Shown here in pieces: positions 43,221-53,600 of a stretch of 64,000 nucleotides of DNA. The notes below the pieces were generated by a model that ran no database searches, was not told the origin of the DNA, and was given only the letters and a program-made list of their open reading frames with translations. A program made the position numbers and the translations under genes. Numbering within the stretch: the stretch's first letter is position 1; every line of letters begins with the position of its first letter. The DNA comes from Amphiscolops sp. MND2022. Its lineage: Eukaryota. The stretch lies in the NCBI GenBank assembly GCA_964187785.1, contig OZ076409.1:87174001-87238000 (forward strand), given 5' to 3'.

Positions 43221-43631
43221 TTAATGACAAAATGTCTGATAGTATAAACTTAAAACTGCATTTTTAAAGCCTATACTTTGTGTAAGATATAAAACATATA
43301 AACAATACGCTGCGCAATAGCTATCATTTTTTTGAATTTGATATTCTGAGTATTGACCAATATTAAGATAGTTGAGTATGTTTATTGGAGGTGGGCAGCC
43401 ATATGAATCGAAGTAATATTCCTTAATAAACATGACCCAGTGTGTTCCCACTGAGGGGTGTAAATTTACAATCCCTGAATCAGTTGTAAATTTATCATCT
43501 CTCATGTACACTTTACAGGAATCATGAATATGTCTATTTATTATGTCTAGTATACCTTTTATTTTTACATTAGAAGTTGCTTCGTTTTTTAATCCATATT
43601 TCTTGACAAATTCTTTGAATGTTAAATTCAT
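43221..43631 (-). CDS. Adenain-like (C5/Ulp1 fold) cysteine maturation protease
   Basis: GTHWV, YFDSYG and QIQ...YCAAYC give the His-Asp-Cys triad plus oxyanion Gln. Confidence 0.92.
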   Translation of the reverse strand: MNLTFKEFVKKYGLKNEATSNVKIKGILDIINRHIHDSCKVYMRDDKFTTDSGIVNLHPSVGTHWVMFIKEYYFDSYGCPPPINILNYLNIGQYSEYQIQKNDSYCAAYCLYVLYLTQSIGFKNAVLSLYYQTFCH

Positions 43632-44207
43632 TCTTTATTTAATTGGACATGAAAATGTCTATGACTAAAAAATACAAGACACATAGGCATGCGCAATGGT
43701 AAACCTACACTGATAATCACAGACTACATGTTTTAAATTTGAATAGTATTATCAACGGGCGTCTCGTGTTTGTTTTGAGCCGGCACATCATGAAGTGAAA
43801 CGCGACTATAATACTGACTCTTTTTTGGAATCCACACGAAAACATTCAGTAACTAGATAAAAGAGTATTACAAATGTTCCAATTAAAGGGGGGTGTCTTT
43901 CTTCCACAGCAACAGAACCAAAAAGTCAGTCGTTATATGTTTTCCCGAATAATACAGAAAATAGTCGATTATATGCAACACAGTATTGTGTGCTGAAAAT
44001 GGCAACCTTTATTTGGTGAACAAAAAACATAAAATTCGATTGTCTTTTTTCATCAGTATTCTTCCACCTTAGTAGATTTATTTAATTCTGTACAGTTTTG
44101 AATATATTTTTTCCGGTGTATTTTATACATTATACATGATTATACACAATATTATGATATGACCGCCAACCTGCGACTATTACCATGGTAAGATGGTAAG
44201 TCCTATC

Positions 44208-45048
44208 CTTAAACATGTGGATATAGGCTATAATGTATAAATCTCCGTTCAACGGATACTTAAACATGTGGAGATAGGCTATAATGTATAAGTCTCGTTT
44301 CAACTGATACTAAAACATTGTGACCATAGACTAAATTCATTTCAAACTCTCCAAACAGATAGAGGGGAATATTAAATTTTTGTTGATAAGAGAGTGTGCT
44401 GACTGAGTTGTAATTGATAATACAAATGAATGTTTGGAGGATTCATCCAATGGTTTGCTATCCACCTATCCATACCTAGGAGCGCGCGTAATTCAAAAAT
44501 CGCACATGCTCAAATAACTAGCATGGTCAAATTAGATTTTTTGATTCGTGCAATGGTTTGCTATCCACCTATCCATACCTAGGAGCGCGCGTAATTCAAA
44601 AATCGCACATGCTCAAATAACTAGCATGGTCAAATTAGATTTTTTGGGTTTTGTTAACTACTCGGCGGATTTTGCTCATCGACATCTCTTTTTACTCGTA
44701 TGGAAGAGAGGATCACAATGGTGAAAACCCCATCTCTTAAAACCCAGTAGAAGTGGAGATAATTTTTGAAAATGTTGGGTGTTTTTATTGATTTTTGGTG
44801 TAATTAAATTCACTTCAGTGCTCAAGTTTTTCTCGTTTCTTTTTAATTGTTTTGAAAATCAATATTTACATCTACCTTCTAAACTAATTGGCAGTCTGGA
44901 AGAATTTCGTTTGAAAATCAATATTTACATCTACCTTCTCAACTAATTAGCAGTCTGAAAGAATTTCTTTTGAAAATCAATATTTACATCTACCTTCTCA
45001 ACTAATTAGCAGTCTGAAAAAATTTCTTTTGAAAATCAATATTTACAT
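44208..45048. repeat. Tandem repeats in the Polinton right non-coding region
   Basis: 2 x about 50 bp (44208-44310); 2 x 96 bp identical at period 103 (44448-44543, 44551-44646); 3 full plus 1 partial 59-bp units starting 44851, 44910, 44969 and 45028. Confidence 0.88.
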
Positions 45049-45179
45049 TTACAGAGTGAAATTCATAGAAATTTAGCAGTTCAAAAGAATTTCAGCTTTA
45101 TTCTAAAACATGGTTAGTAGAGTATTACCAAAGTAGTGTAAGAAATCGTATTTAACGATAGGTGTAAGGATGGTAAAGA

Positions 45180-45313
45180 AGTAGTGTATATAATCGTATT
45201 TGACGTTAGCGCGAAGTAGCCATGAGCGAAGCGAATGGCGAAGCAAGGGGGCGAACGAAGTGAGCCAGCTTGCACCCTTCGCGCTGGCGTCAAATACGAT
45301 TATATACACTACT
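45180..45313. repeat. Polinton right terminus, self-complementary hairpin
   Basis: 25-bp arm 45180-45204 inverted at 45289-45313; stem extends 12 bp with two G.T pairs; a third degenerate arm (21/25) at 45132-45156. Confidence 0.92.
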
Positions 45314-46965
45314 CCCAGCAAACCTGATAAGTACGGCATCAAGATTTGAGTGCTTGTTGAAGTTCAAAATAAGTACATTGTGGATATTCAACCTTACTTG
45401 GGGAAGCAAGAGTCGTAATATCGGGATTGTCAGCTGGGCGAACACGTTGTGAAATCGTTAATGAAAACATATTTCGGTCGTGGATACAACATTACAACTG
45501 ACAACATCTTTAAGTCCCTCAGAAAACTAAGATACTTGAAACAAAACAACACTACATATGTTGGGACAATTAGGAATAACCGAAGAGAACTTTGTGCTGC
45601 CCACACAGAGCGTTGTCGTGAATTTTACAAAACCCGAATTTTTACGGATAACGAAGGAGCATTTTTGGCGTCATATGATTGCTAAGCAAACAAGACGGTC
45701 AACTTGTTATCTAGTATGCAAAACCAACCTTCCATTGACAACACCCAAAAGAAGAAACGAAACACGATGTTTTTCATTTCTACAACAAAAACAAGGTGGG
45801 CGTGGAAGTGATGGATCAGATGATTCGACTCTATAGCACGAAGCAAGCAACAAGGAGATGGCCCGTCGCTGTTTTTTTTATATTTTGCTGGATATTGCCC
45901 AGGATAAGGCCCCAGGTTGAAAAAAGTAACCATTGTCTATTAACTCGCGATGCTTCTCGTATATTAAGTTTACGCGCTTCAGTCTCATTGGCGGTGGTTC
46001 CCGGGTTGCATAAGGAGCCTTGATTCAGGCAAATGGGTGCAAAAGCATCCACAACCGTGACATCCCACACCAGCTGTTTACCTATTTCAAAAGGAATCAT
46101 GGAAACACCGTCTGAGCGTTTGCCATCAGTTTAGAGGAGGGAATAACGTCTAAAGGTCAACCGTGAATAACGCCTGAAGGAATAACATCTAAACTCAAAA
46201 GAGGAACAACGTCTAAAACTTCAAGGAAAACGGTTAAAACGTGGAATAACGTCTGAAATCGGGAATTGTCAGAAATCGGGAAAAACGTCAAAAACATCAA
46301 CAGCCATCATATTACGTCTGAAAAACGGGAAAAACGTTTAAGGTCCGGAAAAACGCTGTAAATATCCAAAACCATAAAAACGGGAATAACATCTAAATTC
46401 GGGAAAATATCCAGCCACTTGAGATCTGAATCTGAAAACAGATTTGGATGGACGGAAATAGGTCGAAGGAACGGGATCGAAAATCAGAGTTAGTCCTCGG
46501 GTCGACATACCAAATTTTCGAATGGGATCGAAATAACTCGGATCGAAATTTTGATTTCTGGGAAACAAATTGAATTGCTGCAGATGAAATTTTCTAGAAA
46601 AGTATAAAACGTGTCTCAGATATGTCCCCATTTCCTCTAGTGCCCCGCGGCCACTTGGGGCCGATTATGTTCCCAACTTGCTAAGCGAGGTCGAACAGGA
46701 GCAAAGACCTAGCGGGAACGGAGATTGCGAAGCGATCGTAGTGGGAGCTGGTCTTTGCGACGGTGAGGGCGAGCGTGCATAAACAGCATATGCCACACAT
46801 TATGATAGTCAATCGACTTGAGGCAAACAAAGAACGTTTTCGACCCGAAGGTTTCGATAATGTTCGACCGACTCCATTCGATCCCTGCAATTCGATCAAA
46901 AGGTTCGACCTCTGTCCTTTCGACCCGAAAAATTCGACCTATTCACAGCCACCCAAGTGATTTAA

Positions 46966-49030
46966 CACTAGTAAGCCTGACCGGTCAAATTTGACCGCGC
47001 GAGCAGTTTGCAACGCAACTGCAAGTGCTCAAATTTGATTGGCTGGAAATGCACTTGTGACTATTATTATTTTGGCTGCTGCTATCGCTGCACAAAGTTG
47101 GTATTTGTTTATCTCTCTCTGCATTTCCGTTTGACTCAAAAACTCACCACAGACTGGAGCAATTATATATGACATTTTTATCAAATTACGTTATAATTTT
47201 TCAGAAAATGACCACCCCAACGAAGGGGATCAGCGGACGTTCGTGCGGCGGTGTTGAAAAAAGAGGATTCTGAAGATGGTTGCAGTTCAGAAAAAGAACC
47301 TCAAGACAATGAAAATGCTGAAATTTCTTCCAGTGATGAAAAAGATGCAAAGTTGGGACCAAATTTACCAACTACCAATTATTCATCAGTCTTTCTTAGT
47401 CGCGATGGTACGTTGGTATTCGAACAAACGTAAAGGTCAAAGTACGTACGCCTTATGATGCTTGGAAAGAGTTTTTCACTGAGCCCATCATTTGGTTGGC
47501 AGTGAAACATACAGTTTCGTTTGCACAGTCAAATGACCCACTGTTTACTCTCTAAGAAGACCAATTGGAAAAATTTATTGGGCTTCTGTACTTACGATGT
47601 ATGTTGTGAAACAATTTGGCTGTGCACTTTCTGTGGCGTAAAGATTATGGCCCCCGCGGTTTTGCATCTACTATGAGTCGAGATCGTTTCAAAACAGTTA
47701 TGAAAAACTTACGATTTGACGATAAAGCTACGAGACGTACAAATGACGACCGGTTTACTCATATTCGCTTATGTGCCTTCATTCAGTTTGACGGTCGACG
47801 AACAGCTTTTACCATACCAAAGGAGGTTAAAACTTATTGTGTTTATGCCCAGCAAACCTGATAAGTACGGCATCAAGTTTTGAGTGCTTGTTGAAGTTCG
47901 AAATAAGTACATTGTGGATATTCAACCTTACTTGGGGAAGCAAGAGTCGGAATATCGGGATTGTCAGCTGGGCGAACACGTTGTGAAATCGTTAATGAAA
48001 CCATATTTAGGTCGTGGATACAACATTACAACTGACAACTTCTTTACGTCGCTCAGAAAACTAAGATACTTGAAACAAAACAACACTACAATTGTTGGGA
48101 CAATTAGGAATAACCGAAGAGAGCTTTGTGATGCCCACACAGAGCGTGGTCGAGAATTATACAAAACCCGATTTTTTACGGATAACGAAGGAGCGTTTTT
48201 GGCGTCATATCATCGCAAAGCAAACAAGACGGTCATCTTGTTATCTAGTATGCACAACCAACCTTCCATTGACAACACCCAAAAGAAGAAACGAAACACG
48301 ATGTTTTTCATTTCTACAACAAAAACAAGGTGGGCGTGGAAGTGATGGATCAGATGATTCGACTCTATAGCACGAAGCAAGCAACAAGGAGATGGCCCGT
48401 CGCTGTTTTTAGTCGGCGCCTTTTCCCTTAAGGAAAAAAGCCCGACTCTTACAGTGAGTAGTTTTTTTTTTGTTTTTTTCAGTTGACAATCTCACTCTGA
48501 GTGGTCCACTTTTCTTACAATTCTGCAATTCTGCGCAGAAGGCAAACTTTACTCCAAAGGGTCCCCCTTTCAGTTTTTACTTTTTCAAGGAAACATACAC
48601 AACCGGACGTGCCCAAAGGGTCCCCCCTTTGGATTTTTTTCGGCACTGTGCGACTTTTTTTCGAAAATTTTTTAATGTCCCCAAAGGGTCCCCCCTTTGA
48701 GTTTTTTGATATTTTGCAACGGAATGTTTGTTAATAAATCCAGAAGGGTCCCCCCTTTTACATTTTTCGGCACTATGCGACTTCTTTTGAAAGAAATTTT
48801 TTTTTCAAAAATTTCAATTTTTTTCCAAAAAAAGTGTTTTACGCTTTTTGAGCCTTAGATATGGCGCCGACTTTAGACGTTCTCGTCTTGTTTTTTTGTA
48901 ATTTGCTGGATATTGCCGCAATAAACGCTTGGATTGTTTTCAAAGAATGCACCAACCAAAAAAAATTGCGAGAAGACTTTATTCTCAAATTGAGCGAAGA
49001 CTTCGACTCACTACAAAGAAAAAACACATA
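46966..49030 (+). mobile_element. Dead piggyBac-like transposon, copy 2 (Polinton-free), interrupted by a HINE and ending at the Tc1
   Basis: TTAA|CACTAG start; colinear with copy 1; DNFFTS, VGTIRNNR and NLLDIAAINAW motifs. Confidence 0.85.
48410..48890 (+). mobile_element. Non-autonomous Helentron-associated (HINE/DINE-1-like) element
   Basis: Absent from piggyBac copy 1 and inserted in a T-run. Subterminal inverted repeats AGTCGGCGCC / GGCGCCGACT, a 5' hairpin, and a 3' stem-loop AGACG-TTCT-CGTCT. Confidence 0.72.
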
Positions 49031-50657
49031 CAGTGCCTCACGAAAGTGTAACAATAGATAGGCATATTTCTAATAAAGGGTATTTTAGTTCATAGACAAA
49101 TGTTATGTTAGAAACAACCATATAATAAAACAACCATACTCTTCTCATGTTGTTTTCAATCACCGGAAGTTGTTTTTCTTCACGCTTTTTTCTGGTTGCA
49201 CGTTGAATCATAAAACATTTATTGTTACAATTTCGTGTGCGCCATTACAAAAAGCAAAAACCACTTCCTACATTATTTCAACTGTTAAATTTCCGTTTAC
49301 AATTTTCATTCTTTGTCACTCACAGTCTCTAATTACTTGTTTCTGTTATGAAAGTTATACCCATCTCAACCAAAACGCAGATTTTCGAGTATGTAGCGGA
49401 GGGTTTATCTACAAGGCAAATTGCCAAGAAGGTGCCATCTGTTAGTCATATGACGGTGACCCGATTGAGGAGCGAGCATTTCAATGGCCTTGCAAAACCA
49501 AAAGCAGGTCGTCCATCAAAATTAACTCCATATGACAAAAGAAAACTCGTCCGAGACATGTCGTCAGGAAGGATACAAACAGCTGTTGATGCGGCTAAAG
49601 AGCTCTCAAATACAATGGAAACACAATTGCACCCTGAAGCTATCCGGCGAGTATTGAGGAAAAGTGGTTTGAAAGCAATCAAGAAAAAGAAGAAACCTTT
49701 CTTGAGTAGAAAACACAGACAACAAAGATTGGAATTCGCACGGAAGTATTCCAACTGGACACCAGAAGATTTCAAGCGTGTCATATGGTCTGATGAAACC
49801 AAAATAAACAGATTTGGTTCCGATGGGCTCCAGTGGGTGTGGAAAAAGCCTAAAGCACCATTATTGGACTGCCACGTGCAGGGTACGTTTAAACACGGAG
49901 GTGGAAGCCTGATGCTATGGGGATGTATGACTTCTTTGGGAATTGGTCAGGCGTGTAAAATAGAGGGAAACATGGACAGCCAGCTTTATTGCGAGATTTT
50001 ATCAGATAATCTCATGGGTACAATACGACACTATGGATGGGGACGAGATGACATCGTTTTTCAACAGGATAACGACCCTAAACACACCTCAAAATTGGCG
50101 AAAGACTGGTTTGAGGAAAATGGAATAACAGTTATGGACTGGCCTCCTCAATCACCGGATTTAAATCCAATTGAACACCTTTGGCACACGCTGAAGTACC
50201 AATTGCGAATGTATTCTAAACCTCCTGAGAGCGTTGCTGAGCTGTGGGAACGGGTGCAAGACGAGTGGAACAAAATACCAGTTGAGACAGTTCAAAACCT
50301 TATCGATAGTATGCCCAAGCGCATAAACGCTGTTTTGAAGGCTCGGGATGGTTATACTAAATACTGAAACACTGTTCCTGTTCTTATATTCTGTTTTTTT
50401 AAGTGTATAAAAACGTTTATTCAAATTCATTTTCTAAAACATAACCACACACGAAATTGTAACAATACAATTTTTCAGTAGAGTGCTTGTGAATACATGT
50501 AAAAAACTCGAAAATATAAACCAAAACAATATACATTAATGCAACGTGTTTAACAAACATATTGAAAGCTTACTTAGTTTAAATGCTGTACCCTTCTGAG
50601 AGAAAAAGAAGATCTCACTTTTTTAAAAGTCTATTGTTACAATTTCGTTAGGCACTG
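49031..50657 (+). mobile_element. Intact Tc1-family DNA transposon
   Basis: TA TSD (49029-49030, 50658-50659); 28-bp TIR CAGTGCCT(C/A)ACGAAA(G/T)TGTAACAATAGA. Confidence 0.95.
49348..50367 (+). CDS. Tc1 transposase, DD34E
   Basis: Uninterrupted 339 aa; GRP motif, WSDE, QQDND and SPDLNPIE, with 34 residues between the second D and the E. Confidence 0.96.
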   Translation: MKVIPISTKTQIFEYVAEGLSTRQIAKKVPSVSHMTVTRLRSEHFNGLAKPKAGRPSKLTPYDKRKLVRDMSSGRIQTAVDAAKELSNTMETQLHPEAIRRVLRKSGLKAIKKKKKPFLSRKHRQQRLEFARKYSNWTPEDFKRVIWSDETKINRFGSDGLQWVWKKPKAPLLDCHVQGTFKHGGGSLMLWGCMTSLGIGQACKIEGNMDSQLYCEILSDNLMGTIRHYGWGRDDIVFQQDNDPKHTSKLAKDWFEENGITVMDWPPQSPDLNPIEHLWHTLKYQLRMYSKPPESVAELWERVQDEWNKIPVETVQNLIDSMPKRINAVLKARDGYTKY

Positions 50658-53600
50658 TAATCAGGAGTCCAGACCGATCCCATCTGACAATTTCTCATAT
50701 GCCTCCAGCATTTCCTTTAATGCAATTTCTTTCCTCCATCATCCTAAACTGGTAACAATAAACGGTTTAAAGGTAACAATAAACTGAAAATAACAAAAGA
50801 CAAATACGAACCATGTCTAAACAATAAGCAAAAGTTTGTTGACAAATCCTGCCAGTGAGTGAGAGCTGCCCAATCCTTCTGTGAACTTGAACCAGGCTTC
50901 TTACCAGACCTCTCACCGGACTTCTTTACTGTTGTGCACACACTTTTGCCGAGCTCATTCTCACTCTTTTCCCGCCCGACAATGACGACAGACAATGGCA
51001 GGCTCTTCTTGGCTCTCCCTGATAGAGGTACTGTAGAAGCAGCACTGACAACAGAACAACACTGCGTAGTCCGCCTGATTGGGAAGAACTAGCTTCCAAT
51101 GCAGACTGAGACACTAGCAGTGGTCCATCTGCCTCATATATCTCAGCGTCAACCTCTTTCTTCTTCTTGGCAATATATTTCCAAAACAAGGCACTCTAGC
51201 GAGACGACAAGGTACCACAATCACCAATACAAACATCAGACCGTGGATCGTAGGCAGCATCAGACATGACTCAGGTATGGCAGATCGACACGCACCCATA
51301 ACTAGATGATGACACAAAACTCTGAACACAGACCAAAGCAGACGGCACGACAAAAGAGGTGACACTACAGCAAGATAAATCGATCGAAAAACTCGGAAAT
51401 TGCAACTAAGGTCTATCCAAAACACGGCAGCGAAGCTTCAGCATTTGACACAAAAGACGACGAGAGGCGAAACTATAATAATTCAGGAGATATGACTCTA
51501 CATCCGGTATCCCTTCGGCCCTCTTCTCAGCTTTGCGATGCCGCGCACGGGTATCAACTACAAATATTGTAAATTCCTCAGAACTGGCCTTGGCATCGTC
51601 AGAACATAAACTCTCGCTTCGCTCCAACACTTGCAATAGCTTTGCAAACAATTGGAAGATATACTGTTCATCCCCTTCCAACAGAAGCTCAGGCCAAAAC
51701 GAGTGAACACCCCGCAGGACAGCAGCTAATACCAGATGTCACTCCAAGATGACATCCACCAAACAATCGATGAACTCTCGGCTTCGTTCCAGAAATTCAC
51801 GGAACCCACCGGAAACGCCACGTCGTACTTTATGGGCGAAATCTTGTTTGAGCAAAATTTATATGTGTTGATCTTCTCAATACCACCGACATTCTCGACA
51901 CTCATTTACTAGTCCCAGTCGTTCAAAACGGGGAGGGAAACCAAATTCCTACTACGCGAAAGTAAGCAGTATACAAACAGGCAAAGCTCCATATAACAGT
52001 GAAATCCGTAATATGCCCTTCGATGCTCGTTGCTTTTACAATGATCTAAACACAACGTTGAATGAAACAAACTGATGTCTACTACCACATCAGCCACAAC
52101 AAAGTCGCAACCCCCTTCGAAGAAACTGAAAACATCATGAAAAAAATCACACATTTAAGGACATGTAGAAGCAGTCCCAGTCGGAATTTGTTGGTCGTCT
52201 CCGATTACACCAATTAATCAAGGCCACGCATCTGGAACGAACACGACAAATGACCCAAAGGAATTACCCCAGTGCTGTGAGCTCTATAGATGCTATCTTC
52301 AACAGCTTACGAAAACTAAATCTCCAAATTTCAATTACCGCGTCCCCCAACAAGGCCAAACACAACAAAGTTAAAACAATCAAGAAATCAACTTACCCGG
52401 TCAACCGAACTTTTGATATGACGCGAACCAGTGAAGCGCAGGATCTCTCGAATGGAACCCCGCCTACTGATGAGCTCCTCGACAACTCCTCTCAGTTCGG
52501 GGAAGAGAACGCGGGAACTCAACTGTCCTTCCGGTTGTCGCTCAAGACGGACTACCACCAAAGATTGCAAGAGGCAGCTGCGATGAACCCACACTACAGA
52601 CAACGCAAGTGAGAGCAGCGAGCTCCGTCACAGGGACGGGCTGTACCAAAGGTTTCACACTCACACGAACCTACAACAAATCATTACGCTACCACGTCCG
52701 AACGATGCCATGTTGATAACCTGTGTGTTCCTAGAGACATACGCTGTAAGGCCCGAAAATGTCAATCCGAGCAAGCAGAGTACGCAGAACACGCGGGTAC
52801 AGTGCCCGACATATCAGCGCCTGCAAACAAAGAAAAGAAACTCGGTAAGAACATTCAACCTAAGTTATAACAAAGCCAAGAGCGATGATCCCACCACACA
52901 CTCATCAACTAACTAGCTTCGTCCGAAAAACGATAAAGATAAAATCAATTCACCAAGGACACATTCAGGCTCCACACCAATGTATAAAAGGGATCCTCAG
53001 CACTCAACGTTGCACGGAAAAACCCACAGTTTGCGCAGTAGACGATAACTGCCACAACAGCGTAGAATCGATTCCGTGAACTGTAGACCCGTGTTCGGCG
53101 AGTAGGGCATTCCCAACAAACCTCAATATCACCCGTACATCGGAAAAAAAAACGAAATAAAACAAGAAATACGCCAAATCAAATTTCGCGACGAATGGCT
53201 TGACAGTACTCGTCTCAACCTCAGAGGCAATCAATTCTCCAAACTTCACAACTTGCTGGCGTGTACAACCAGGAGGCATTGACTCCATCCACTCCTCCTT
53301 CCTTCTCGGACTGCAGAGGCTTCGGATCAAGTGATAGGCGTACGGTCTGATGTCGTTTTCCGGCGGAGGATTGCTCAGGAACTACCCCAGCTCTGGATGA
53401 CCCTACTACAAAACAAAACACGTCCCCAACCAAAATACGAACATGCGAGGACAAAGAGATGTAACGAAAACATTACGAAACCTAAACGACTAATCAAATT
53501 CGCCACGCCTAATGGCTCGAGAGGCAGGCAACTTAGTGACGGTCTCAGCAAACCCAGAAGTGAAAGAAGTGAATAGAGATGACACAGAGGAATTTAACAC

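Larger units (their letters stand above)
28666..45313. mobile_element. Complete Polinton/Maverick (adintovirus-like endogenous dsDNA virus), 16,648 bp
   Basis: Ends AGTAGTGTATATAATCGTATTTGAC and its exact reverse complement. 6-bp TSD CCCAGC at 28660-28665 and 45314-45319, with a single CCCAGC in the paralogous empty site (47848-47853). Full pPolB/INT/ATPase/PRO/MCP/penton gene set. Confidence 0.97.
27751..45905 (+). mobile_element. Dead piggyBac-like transposon, copy 1, split by the Polinton
   Basis: Starts TTAA|CACTAG. Transposase remnants MSRDRFKTIMKNLRFDD, MPS|KPDKYGIK (split at the Polinton TSD), TTDN.F.S, VGTIRNNR and GVEVMDQM..TRRWPVAVF, with stops and frameshifts. Confidence 0.85.

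Noticed and set aside
28666..45313. Contaminant viral contig mis-joined to host DNA
   Set aside because: The perfect TSD and colinear piggyBac flanks matching the empty paralogue indicate true integration.
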